Program-made: the position numbers and the translations under genes
Shown: in pieces, positions 45,601-64,000 of the stretch
Layout: the number at the start of each line of letters is the position of its first letter
Position numbering within the stretch: the stretch's first letter is position 1
Assembly (NCBI RefSeq): GCF_964355755.1
Contig: NC_092672.1
Location: 558,001 to 622,000, forward strand
Direction: 5' to 3'
Source of the DNA: Antedon mediterranea
Taxonomy: Eukaryota; Animalia; Echinodermata
DNA length: 64,000 nt
The notes under the pieces: generated by a model
Seen by the model: the letters and a program-made list of their open reading frames with translations, nothing else
Databases searched by the model: none
Told to the model about the DNA's origin: nothing

Positions 45601-45828
45601 GTGCACAGTTTAAAATAAACGAGAATAAAGCCGGCCTAACAATGCATGACCCCCCCCCCCCCCCATTACACAGTGTACAATAAAACTAAAAGCCTACAAG
45701 TAACAATATACAACTACTACAGCAGGATGTTATGAAACCCCGTATGAAGTTTTTCTTTTGCCTTACGAATTCGTATGAAGGTATTCAAAACTAAGTTGTG
45801 CTCGACTCAGTCCCTGGTAAGCCGCCAT
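30616..45828 (-). CDS. MORC2: MORC family CW-type zinc finger ATPase 2
   Basis: 28 phase-consistent exons: 45767-45828, 44526-44579, 44313-44347, 41525-41593, 40836-40926, 40398-40581, 38961-39175, 38611-38739, 38202-38281, 37911-37993, 37557-37783, 36991-37145, 36657-36785, 36360-36465, 36170-36263, 35747-35785, 35503-35595, 35140-35208, 34700-34894, 34490-34582, 34337-34384, 34074-34167, 33822-33945, 33677-33713, 33144-33484, 32658-32790, 30829-30948, 30616-30699. GHKL motifs ([45 protein letters not shown]), the CC1 insertion, CW finger (QCDSCLKWR..WTC), a chromo-like domain and KCLRYFLPP are MORC2-type. Confidence 0.96.
30996..32558 (+). mobile_element. Non-autonomous Helentron/HINE (DINE-1-like) element in a MORC2 intron
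   Basis: 5' TTAGTTATCCGC with adjacent palindrome GTTATCCGCT-TAGT-AGCGGATAAC; matching 3' subterminal GCGGATAACTAA, then hairpin CTCGTC-AAAGT-GACGAG and CTAG followed by a T-run. CpG-rich interior, no credible ORF, no TSD. Confidence 0.75.
32852..33029. mobile_element. Harbinger-like MITE, family C
   Basis: TIR AGGCTAATTTACGCAGA / TCTGTGTAAATTGGCCT with TTA on both sides. Confidence 0.75.
34932..35155. repeat. ~70-bp triplication including a MORC2 exon end plus donor
   Basis: tgacctatgacatta...ttactttagtactggcactaa x3; minus strand TTAGTGCCAGTACTAAA|GTAA. Confidence 0.8.
35284..35473. repeat. 38-bp tandem repeat x4 decaying into ctccactcctcc
   Basis: ttttgtattagaatgtttaactgccctccactcctccc repeated. 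Confidence 0.85.
35791..35960. repeat. 56-bp tandem repeat x3 abutting a MORC2 acceptor
   Basis: aataaagattaacaaagtgttcatacacactgtgttcaaacctgaggcagataaac x3. Confidence 0.9.
40129..40389. mobile_element. Harbinger-like MITE, family B, with a duplicated right end
   Basis: TTA|AGCTTGGTTCCTACTA ... CTAGTGGGAACCACGCT|TTA. Relatives at about 42424-42535, 48004-48076 and 61608-61624. Confidence 0.78.
42424..42535. mobile_element. Family B MITE (diverged)
   Basis: cttggttccaactagagacgcaac ... gcgttacgtcctagtggaaagcaac. Confidence 0.6.
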
Positions 45829-46220
45829 CTTTATCTGATCATGCCCCAACAATAATAAATTAAAACCGACGTTGTGGAATGCGTATGTTTGAGTATGAGT
45901 TGAAGCACTAAAGTCTACGCAAGTTTCGTTTTCTCCTCACTGGCCTCGATGTTAAATCAGTCGACATCAGAAAAAAATGTGGTCATGCACAAATTTATAA
46001 TCCAACCGATACGAGTTTACTGATGACAGTGAATGATGCCAACCAAAATTATCACTTGTAAATTGTAGTAGGATATCCTAGCGAAATCAGGCAGTTTTCA
46101 GATTTGATTTCAGGAATACAAGCCTAATTTCAAATAGACATTTTATATGCATGACGTCAAATTAGAAAAACAACCATCGCCTTCTTCTCTCTCTCGCACA
46201 CACGACGACCAACCAACAAA
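45821..46220 (-). promoter_or_regulatory. MORC2 promoter/5' region
   Basis: YY1-type AAGATGGCGGC overlapping the start codon (45821-45831); full CRE TGACGTCA at 46152-46159; locally CpG-richer. Confidence 0.45.
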
Positions 46221-48003
46221 ATGAACGAATAAACAACCAAAAAGCATGCTTATGATGAATGTGCCCGGCAATGGACGACCTGAAAGTATCATCGAATGCG
46301 CTATTAGTAAATAGTTCCTACCATTACAGGGCTGTATTCAATATTCCTTAAAATATATAAACAATTTAAATTTACTATTTATTCCACAATTGTTTGCGTA
46401 TACTACTTGTATATGTAATTTGTTTGTAAGGAATATTAACACAGTTTTCTAGCTATGTACGCGTATTAATACAATTTGTAAATTGATGTGTCAAAGGTCA
46501 TTCGCTAAGGTTGTTTTTGATGAGGATATCATGGGGAAGAAAGAGAGAGACTATTGTTTCTCTTCCAACTTGCTGTGCGGTATAAAGTACATTACCAAAT
46601 GACTTTTATGGTTGATTTCTTTCACATCTGTTAAATTTAAGACCAAGATAACTGACAAGCTAAGATTATAGCAATTTGATGTACCTACCAAACTCCATAA
46701 GCGCAGCCAGCTGGAATTCATGGATGGTCCTGACCTGGATTGAATAGAACATTGATCGAGTACAACTTGTTACTTGCATAACAAATTAAAGAAGCAGCTA
46801 GGCCTAGCTACTAGGCTTGCTCACATCATGTCTAGCCTCCTCGGTAATGCGAAGTAGGCCATATAGGGATTGCCGGCCATATAGGGATTGCCGGGCCTAG
46901 TACGTTTCCGTAGTAGGAGTGACATGTTTTTATTAGATACTTACTGTACTGTACTGTACTACACACACAGTACAGTATTAATTTTAACAACAGTCTGGCT
47001 CTACTAATACTATACTAAGCCATTATGGTGTCTACCTTTGTCTAGGCCTATATGGGCAAGCTTTGTTTATTTTTATAAATTTTCAAGCCAGCCATGTATG
47101 TTTAGAAAAGAATGGCATCCCTGCTGTGTCAATTTCCCGATGTTTTAAGAGCGGATCACATTCATCAATCAGGTGTTCAACCCCGGTGTTTTGGACTCGA
47201 AGTTTGAGTTTTAATTCACACTAGTAGGGCCTTGGTGTGTATAAACTATGGCATATATGGTATTTGGCTATGATGTAGGAGGTGCGAAAGTGCATTTTGT
47301 TACTGTAACTTAATATGACCTACCCATTGAAAATACTACATTCCCCTTCTCTACCACCACCCACTATCTAGGGGAGCACTATTATTAAATAATATCTTGG
47401 TGCTTCCCTTAAAGGCCTGCTGCTCAAAAGAAATGAGAAGATATAGTGATGTCAGCCAGAGTGATCAGGTACAGTGGTGTAATGCTTGGCAAGATACCCC
47501 TGGTTTGAAAGCACTCTCGAGGTTTCTGTGTCTTACTACCTGTATTATTAATTCTATTCACACGATCAGTTTCATTGACAATGGGACCCAATTAGTAAGT
47601 AAAGTATATGGGTGAGGAAGGGAATCAAAATCGAGTTTACAAATATGGAGGACAACATTGAAATATATTATGGTGTGGGAGTTTGAAAAATGTTTTGATA
47701 CAGATCATCAATACCACACTCTCAATTGATAATCTAGCTGCATTGTCATATAAGCCCCTTCTCTCCCACCCCCCCCCCCCCAAAATACAGAATGATTGTT
47801 ATTAACACGTCGTGTTATAATTACAGTGTATACGAAATTGTTTTATTATTGCATATAGTGCGACTAATGGATACAAAGGCACATTCATTAGTATACATGT
47901 TTGCAGTTTTTTTTCTGCTATACTAGCTGCATTACAAAGTGTACAGTACTATACTGTATAGTAAATTCCAAATTCCATCTCGACGCTCATTGCCTACTGC
48001 TTA

Positions 48004-48076
48004 TATTTGGTTCCCACTAGTGACGCAATGCAAGGATTTGTTATGCGTTCTTTCGTTGTCTAGCGGGAACCAAGCA
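48004..48076. mobile_element. Family B MITE (minimal copy)
   Basis: ttggttcccactag ... ctagcgggaaccaag. Confidence 0.65.
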
Positions 48077-49054
48077 TTAAAGTGGATCAATTAAAGTATG
48101 TTTAAATTAATACTGTAGTATCTCGCACTATTTTCACCAATGGCTTTCATTGTAGCCAAGAATCCCTAAAATATTCCTGTATATACACACCAACAATATT
48201 CTTAAATAGTAATACATCTTATATGTTTCTTCTTGTAGTAATAATTCTTCTCATAATATAATTTTTAACATAAAAAAACAATAATTGGAAACAATAATTA
48301 CAAAATATACAATTGCACATCAATTGTTTGGTACAATGACACTGTACAAGTAATTATTGAAGTTTGATGTAACAGTGTCCAGGCCGCGCGTCCAGGCCAA
48401 CCAATTGAGTTTGTTAGTGAAAATACAGGTACAGTATTTGGTATACAGAAGTACTGTTAAAAACATCAGGCTTACTTGAATGGGTTAGGGTCTTCATCAA
48501 CACCAGGCTTACTTGAATGGGTTAGGGTCTTCATCAGCAAAATATTTTGTAAGCAACAGTTTGGGCTAGCATGATGGTATAGCCTGATTACAATCCATTT
48601 AAATCTCATGAATAATAAGTGTCGATGTTGTTATAATGGTATTTCCACATTTTCCGGCTGATAAAGGAAATACAAAATTAAACCATTGTACTGTGAAGTT
48701 TCTAAATAAATAGCCTTACTTCCTTAACATTAAATTGTCCATAACCTGTATTTACATTACAAACTGTATACTGTACTATATTTCTGCTTCAAATACAAAC
48801 AATATGCACATTGTCAAAATGCTATGTTTGTTTGGCTTTGCACAAGTTTGCATGGAACTAAACATAAGTTTATAATGCTGATTCACTCAAGGTTGTTAGT
48901 ATACCTTGCACATTACTTGACTTACACTATTGTAATTCTGTTATTACAATAATAGTTATACTCATTCATATCAAAATATGTTTGATCACAGTTGAAACAA
49001 TCTGTGTTGGTAATCCACCTTCATACCCTGCTAAGTCCATTCTTATGGTGTTAC

Positions 49055-49146
49055 CAGTTAAGAGTGAATTCACTCTTCCCTACTGTCAGTTAATAGTGAA
49101 TTCACTCTTTCCTGCTGTCAGTTAAGAGTGAATTCACTCTTTCCTG
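49055..49146. repeat. 32-bp repeat x3 with an 18-bp palindrome, in the TMEM248 3' UTR
   Basis: cagttAAGAGTGAATTCACTCTTtcctgctgt. Confidence 0.8.
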
Positions 49147-49181
49147 GTGTTACTGATAGCAAGTGCAGGAGCTGGTTCAAG

Positions 49182-52100
49182 TTATTTGTGAAGAGCCTGG
49201 AAAAAAAAATTGTTTAAATGGCAAAATTAAGTGTGGGTTAAGACTCATTTCTTACTTGCTAAAGATCACTGCACTAAAAAATTATAATTTTTAATAATTC
49301 ATATACACACTCCTATTAATATTTATTTACATCTTGTTATAATATCCTTACTTTTTTTTCTGCTGTACTTCCAACAATGACCCGTGTTTTTGATGGTTTT
49401 CTTTTGAACATGGCATAACAAAAGCATGTAATTATCATAACAAACAAGAAATAACTTGTGTGCATCAGGTGTAGGTTAATAAGAGATCGTTCAGCCTGAG
49501 GGAAAAAAGAAGTGTGCATTGGGGTGTAAATGTTGGAGTAACTGTACAGTAAAATATCAACAAGCAGTGATGTAGCCACAAGAAATATAGTGGTTCGGTT
49601 TTTGCAAGAAAAGGGAACAATCTCTATTCAAACCACCGGGTTGCCAAAGGCCTCTGTGAAAAGTGGTCAGGTTGAAACCTTACCAACTGTACAGATGGCT
49701 ATGCCCCTGTCAATTAAATTCTTGCATATATTCTATTTGTCCCCTTAGTAGCTACATCATTTTTATCTTGCTCTTATTTCATTTGGTCTAGATGTAATAA
49801 TACTGCATTTTGTAACATTTACAACTATGTTACTGTAATTATTCATTTTTAAACTTTTTGAATAGTAATGTATATAATATTTAAATGCAATGATTTTAAA
49901 TTGTTGTATAATTGTATTGTTTAATTCTTCATATCATGTACATATTGCAATGTATAATTACCGTAATAGCTAAATAAATCGATCCTTTTTTCTTTTTTTC
50001 AAGATGTTCTTACCATTGTATTATTACTGTACCATCATTATTATTACCATTATTATTGAATAAATGTTATTGAACTTAAACTTAATCCTAAAGCACTTAC
50101 TGAACTGAGCATTACTGTAAGCCTAGGGTCAAACTTGTGTTCACCATATATGACTGCACCATTATCACACATGTCACCAGGGGCTTCAGTTCTTGATGAT
50201 AAGCCAGCTATATAATAGTCTCTTTGCGATTCTGTGATATTGCATGATGGTGGAGCTCTGTAATGAAGACAATAGAACTTTTAATTGCATGATGCTATGC
50301 TAAATAGTACAAAGCAACAGGCTTTAAATCTTTGCGATTCTGTGATATTACATGATGGTGGAGCTCTGTAATGAAGACAATATAACTTTTAATTGCATGA
50401 TGCTATGCTAAATAGTACAAAGCAACAGGCTTTAAATCTTTGTGATTCTGTGATATTACATGATGGTGGAGCTCTGTAATGAAGACAATAGAACTTTTAA
50501 TTGCATGATGCTATGCTAAATAGTACAAAGCAACAGGCTTTAAATCTCTGTGATTCTGTAATATTACATGATGGTGGAGCTCTGTAATGAAGACAATAGA
50601 ACTTTTAATTGCATGATGCTATGCTAAATAGTACAAAGCAACAGGCTTTAAATCTTTGTGATTCTGTGATATTACATGATGGTGGAGCTCTGTAATGAAG
50701 ACAATAGAACTTTTAATTGCATGATGCTATGCTAAATAGTACAAAGCAACAGGCTTTAAATCTTTGCGATTCTGTGATATTACATGATGGTGGAGCTCTG
50801 TAATGAAGACAATAGAACTTTTAATTGCATGATGCTATGCTAAATAGTACAAAGCAACAGGCTTTAAATCTTTGTGATTCTGTGATATTACATGATGGTG
50901 GAGCTCTGTAATGAAGACAATAGAACTTTTAATTGCATGATGCTATGCTAAATAGTACAAAGCAACAGGCTTTAAATCTTTGCGATTCTGTGATATTACA
51001 TGATGGTGGAGCTCTGTAATGAAGACAATAGAACTTTTAATTGCATGATGCTATGCTAAATAGTACAAAGCAACAGGCTTTAAATCTTTGCGATTCTGTG
51101 ATATTACATGATGGTGGAGCTCTGTAATGAAGACAATAGAACTTTTAATTGCATGATGCTATGCTAAATAGTACAAAGCAACAGGCTTTAAATCTTTGCG
51201 ATTCTGTGATATTACATGATGGTGGAGCTCTGTAATGAAGACAATAGAACTTTTAATTGCATGATGCTATGCTAAATAGTACAAAGCAACGGGCTTTAAA
51301 TCTTTGTGATTCTGTGATATTACATGATGGTGGAGCTCTGTAATGAAGACAATAGAACTTTTAATTGCATGATGCTATGCTAAATAGTACAAAGCAACAG
51401 GCTTTAAATCTTTGCGATTCTGTGATATTGCATGATGATGGAGCTCTGTAATGAAGACAATAGAACTTTTAATTGCATGATGCTATGCTAAATAGTACAA
51501 AGCCATGGCATTCTCTTACCTTCTTGTTGGAAAAACACTTTTGACAGCAAAAAACGTGACACAGGATCTGAGGACAATCTTATCACAGAGGTTAGCTTTC
51601 TTGCATGTACGTAAACCAACTGGCTCAGGTAATTCAAAATGGAAATATACCACTTCACTTTCTGCATCTTTACCTACAATTAACAAATTGGTTTTCTAGT
51701 AAACTAATTGGAGCACCAGAGATAAGGAGCTGAGCTGAATATAACATTGGCCATTATTAAAGTCTGCTGTATTTAGTCTAAAATCAATCGTACAAATTGA
51801 AACACAGCAATTATGTACTATCCTATCTATGTGCAATGAATAGAAACAATAATGAAAATAATTCTTGCAATTTTGTTTTTGAATATGCCATTTTAATGTT
51901 ACATATATTAGTTACCCACCTTGACCAAAATTTGGATCGAACAAAAATTGATTTACCTGTACCTGAAAAAACTGTAATTTAAAGCACGAAATAGTCAAAT
52001 TGGAATTTTGGTTGAATGTACTGTAACTATTTGTTTTGTCATTTTATAGATGAAAAGATTATTTTACCAATTTTTTTGTCGACAGGGGTGATTAAACTTT

Positions 52101-52994
52101 ATTAACACTACAAAATCAAAGTCTGATTTAATTAAACTTCATTTTTCATGTTTTTTGGGGACGATACATCTTTAATACTTTAATAACATAATCAGGGCAA
52201 TAGCCACCAGTACGGTTGCTAAGGCTTCAACCTGACCACTTTTTGACAGAGGCCTTTTTACAAAGATGTTTCCCTTGCAAAACCTGAACCACTTTATTTC
52301 TTGTGGCTACATCACTGATAATTGAACACAGTATTGAACATTAAAATTACCTAAAACACCAAGCTGAGAAGCAAACATCTTTCCCCTGAAAAAGGTAACA
52401 TTCTGCAGACTGTTGATCATTTTCTCAGTTGGTTCAATGACCAGTGACACACCCATTGAATAGTTATGCAGTTTGGTGTCATACTCAAGTATGTTAAGTT
52501 GGTCTGCACCTTGACTAAGCAACGAGTCTGTTACATTGCCGGTGGTTGAAATTATGTATGGATGCGGTATTGACGTTGATGTATTTCTGTCTATACAAAA
52601 GTCATTCTCAGAAAAACTTAGTAAAAAGCTATTCCAGTCCTAGAGTAGAAATGTAATGGAGTTAAATAATTGGAGAGACAGAAAGCAGACAAACAAAAAC
52701 AAAACATGAAATAAAAAATCTTTCTTGTAAACAGGCTAAGTTAATTTAGCCTGGGCCAAAATCATAAAAAAAGAAACAAATTTTGTGTAGCTAAGAATAG
52801 TTATTTTCAAATGGCAAAGTAATTTAAATGACAACAACCTGAGAAACATCATAATCCTGGACTTCATGTTGCTTAACATACAATGCTAATGACATCATAA
52901 CAATCACAAACGAGATCAGACAGCCAACAAAGACGACAACGGGTGGCTTGCTGACTGCATGGCTCTTGAAATTGTCAACTATAAACACCTTCAT
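49182..52994 (-). CDS. TMEM248: Transmembrane protein 248
   Basis: Exons 52839-52994, 52351-52639, optional 51957-51962, 51520-51673, 50101-50257, 49352-49495, 49182-49196. Motifs SKPPVVVF, QDWNSFLLSFSENDFCI, DPRLTVMLS, ERSLINLHLMHTSYFLFVMIITCFCYA. Probable UTR exon with a donor near 53769. Confidence 0.9.
49565..49709 (+). mobile_element. hAT-like MITE; inverted sister copy at 52193-52317
   Basis: Ends CAGTGATGTAGCCA ... TGGCTATGCCCCTG. No clean TSD, so the superfamily is tentative. Confidence 0.6.
50221..51502. repeat. 108-bp tandem array (about 12 copies), each containing the TMEM248 acceptor plus 37 exon bases
   Basis: Units start at 50221, 50329, 50437 ... 51409. Minus strand TCTTCATTACAG|AGCTCCACCATCATG. 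Confidence 0.95.
52193..52317 (-). mobile_element. hAT-like MITE, inverted relative to 49565-49709
   Basis: cagggcaatagcca...caacctgaccacttt...cagaggccttt...tttcttgtggctacatcactg is the reverse complement of the other copy. Confidence 0.6.
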
Positions 52995-53351
52995 GACCTG
53001 AAAAAACATTTATAATTTTCATTGCATACTCATCATGGAGATAAATAATAAAACACACCTGAAAATAAAATAGGCTGGATTCTTATCTTATTCTTTTTAT
53101 TGCCATGCCATATTCATATTGATAGGAAATAGACAAAAATACATATATTCTACTATCACTTTTACTTTTAGTTTACATTTTCTGACAGTGTCGGACTGTA
53201 ATTAAAATGTATTTACATTTTTTGATACATTGACAGTGTCAGACTGTAAATAAATGTAGGCCCTATTTACATTTTCTGACAGTTACTGTAAATGTAAACT
53301 AAAACTAATGTTAAAGTTATAATGCCTAGTAGGCCTACCCTGCTATTATTG

Positions 53352-53690
53352 TCTACTAACTAGGCCTACTCAGTACTACTTATTTTTATACTAGTACTAG
53401 CCCTACTACTAGCCTAGCCTATATATGATGTAGGACTGTCTAGTACAGAGTACTGGTCGTCGACGTCTACTAACTAGGCCTAGGCCTACTCAGTACTACT
53501 TATACTAGGCTAGTACTAGCCTATATGTAGAACTGTCTAGTACAGAGTACTCGTCGTCGACGTCTACTAACTAGGCCTCCTACTCAGTACTACTTATACT
53601 AGTACTACTACTAGCCTAGCCTATATGTAGGACTGTCTAGTACAGACAGAGTACTCGTCGTCGACGTCGGGGCTAGCAGCTAGGCCTAGG
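53352..53690. repeat. ~105-bp palindrome-rich triplication in the first TMEM248 intron
   Basis: tctactaactaggcctactcagtactacttatactag...ctgtctagtacagagtactcgtcgtcgacg x3. Confidence 0.8.
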
Positions 53691-55091
53691 TCTCTATGCA
53701 TACGATACATGTAACAACATACCGTACACTGTATTTTTAATTCAATAATTCAGTGACAAACATGTTTACCTTGACAATTTATACTTGTGATCCTCAATAT
53801 CTACATAACGTATAGACCCTGCTTTTAATTACGTCCTATTCGTCTTTTTTTTATCCATGAAATCACCAGTTTGAGATAAAAAAGAATGGAAGAACCAACA
53901 TTTTTTGATGATACGTGGTGTTGGTTGTTCGTCGTGTGTCGATCGCGATTACCTTTCTATTCAACCTCGTATCGTGGATGGCGCTCTCTATATTAAACCT
54001 GTTTTTTAGGACAATACAAATGTTTATGAGTGCAATATTACCAATAATTTCATGAGGTGAAAGAAAAAAAGGTTATGAATGTTCCAATGTCAGTCATATC
54101 AGTTCCCGGGTGTATGGTCATGGCGGTCATAGTATTGTACTGTAATGTTTGTTAAAAAAATCAACTACAATGGTTTACTGAACATTTATTAAAATTTCTA
54201 ATTTAACACATAATAAAAAAATTTCTTTCTGGTCAGAACACAACACTAATTACTGTACATAAAATGCATAAAAGCTCTATAAATGTTATTACCACTAACT
54301 CAGGTATAACCCTGTCTGGAGGCTTAAATCCAATACCAAAAAAAGGTCTAAATAATACTTGAGTGTATTGCTTGGAATGTTGTTCTATATTATGCAGATT
54401 AACTGGCATTAGTACAATTTAGAATTAGAAATCAGAATAGTTAAGGACCACTGACCAACGGCCACAAACTGTTTCCTATTGTGCCACTTCTACTGCTAGT
54501 GATTTACTAAAAGTGTTTAAAAGTTTTGAAATGCATAACATTTAAAACACAAAGCAAACAATATATAATAACTACAACTACATATAACTACAACTACTAC
54601 ATTCAACTTAAACAATATTTATGGGATGCAACGATTTAAAAAATGTTTTCATTAGAATGTCAGTTATTTTAAGTTTTAATTAAAAAAATATGAGAAAAAC
54701 ATTGTATTGTATACATATAAAAATACCAATTCTGCAATATTGGTTTCAACACTTTAGTATTAGTAACCATAATAATAATTAACAGTTCAAAATGTAATAC
54801 AGTATAATCATGCATAAATTAGAGATAATAGTACATTTCTATTTTCAATTAACAACTGATATATGTATATGTATGTATATATGTATGTATGTATATGTAA
54901 ATGTATGTATATAGCACCATAAAGCGTATTAAATTAACCAGTAATTTTTGATTCTCGGAAAACAAAGGCGATGGAATGATCTACAAACTAAACACTTGCT
55001 ACTCATCCTTTCTCTATGGTAACAGTTTCTCCATGGCAACCCTTTCTCTATGGCAACAGTTTCTCCATTGTAACCCTTTCTGTCTGTTTCT

Positions 55092-55238
55092 TTCTGTCTA
55101 CACTATCAAACTTTATGTGACAAAAAAATGTAGACATGATAATGTCTTCAAAAAAATAATTATCGTAATTTCGAAAGATTGAAAACATTAAGAAGATGAT
55201 GTCATATCATTACCATATTTGCTACACATCACAGAGCT
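55092..55238. mobile_element. Family A MITE in the probable PIWI 3' UTR; second fragment at about 55430-55473
   Basis: tctgtctacactatcaaactttatgtgacaaaa ... cacatcacagagct|taa. Confidence 0.72.
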
Positions 55239-55911
55239 TAACAGTTTAACCATGGTAACCCTTTCTCTATAATAACAGTTTCTCTATGGTAACCCTATCT
55301 CTCTATGGTAACAGTATTTAATATACAATAGGTGTAGTAAGAAAAAACAATATACAGTATAATACACAGTAACTGAGAAAACAGATATATTAAGTCAAAT
55401 ACCACCATCAAAAATATTAATATTTCAAGAAGTGATATGTCATCATGTCCTTATAAGGGCACATCACAGAGCTGAAAGCGCATAAATAAAAACTATAAAT
55501 GCAAAGATAATACATAAATCATGTCACCTGCACAAGATTTTGTCTTTTTCAATGAGTAAATAATTTTCAGCTAAGCGTTCTCGAAACCATAGATACTGTT
55601 GCTATGGTTGTATTTATAGTACATAAGAAGCAGTAAACTAATCACTATCATTTTCATGCACCGGTTACTATTCCTCTTCTATTAACTATGAAATAACTCG
55701 CCTCTCCCTATTCCCTCTCCCCTTTTAAAATTTTCTATGGAATGTCAAGTAAATTATAAAGAATATCATTAAAGTCCAATGGGTTATCTTCTGCTTTTTA
55801 TACAACTCAACAGTAATCCACTTCAACACTTTGGAATACAAAACTTTCTTTAAATTTTTAAAATGGATAACGTACATATGCTTGTCAACTGCACAAGCTC
55901 GACTTATTTTC

Positions 55912-63755
<7,844 letters not shown>

Positions 63756-63832
63756 CTGAAAAAAAAAAATTCTTAGCATTACGAGTGCATCAATGAATTG
63801 ACAGAACTGTCAGAATAATATTTTACTACAAA

Positions 63833-63911
63833 GTATCTACATGTGCCCATATATGGACATGATGATGGCACATTTTTCTTGTCAAACTAGTTTGATAGTG
63901 TAGACAGAGTT
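63833..63911. mobile_element. Family A MITE (partial)
   Basis: gtgcccatatatggacatgatg...gtcaaactagtttgatagtgtagacagag. Confidence 0.7.
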
Positions 63912-64000
63912 CTAGACCACTTGCTAATGAACGTTCACTCATTTAAAGTTAAAGAATCACAAACGTATGGAAATGCATATTGAAGAATTCTATGCTGGAT

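Noticed and set aside
47340-47625. Weak inverted ends (attccccttctctacc / ggtgaggaagggaat) suggesting a MITE
   Set aside because: Short imperfect match, no TSD, and no second copy in the window.
51920-51962. 43-nt version of the TMEM248 small exon using the GTGGGT donor
   Set aside because: It shifts the frame; the 6-nt form preserves it.

Overview
AT-rich, intron-dense animal genomic DNA, probably an invertebrate deuterostome such as an echinoderm (the taxon is inference). Seven spliced genes were rebuilt by hand from GT/AG sites and phase continuity: AKAP10 (-, runs off the left edge), RNF10 (-), a PRR11/MTFR-like proline-rich gene (+), RNF215-like (+), MORC2 (-), TMEM248 (-) and a PIWIL1-like slicer (-, runs off the right edge). 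Mobile DNA includes a 5'-truncated Rex1/Babar LINE with an intact RT frame, a Helentron-like element, a pogo/Tigger-like MITE, three Harbinger-like MITE families (one with about 13 copies), tRNA-SINE-like pieces and LINE tails. Main oddities: (1) several introns are filled by tandem arrays that duplicate the neighbouring splice site (12 acceptors in one TMEM248 intron); (2) satellites have grown out of MITE termini; (3) one MITE family sits in the likely 3' UTRs of RNF10, MORC2 and PIWI; (4) RNF10 has a paired-uORF, hairpin-containing leader; (5) a candidate 6-nt microexon and a GC-AG intron. No CRISPR array, rRNA or true tRNA was seen. Gene names come from remembered protein similarity, not database searches, and I found no firm evidence of a wholly new system.
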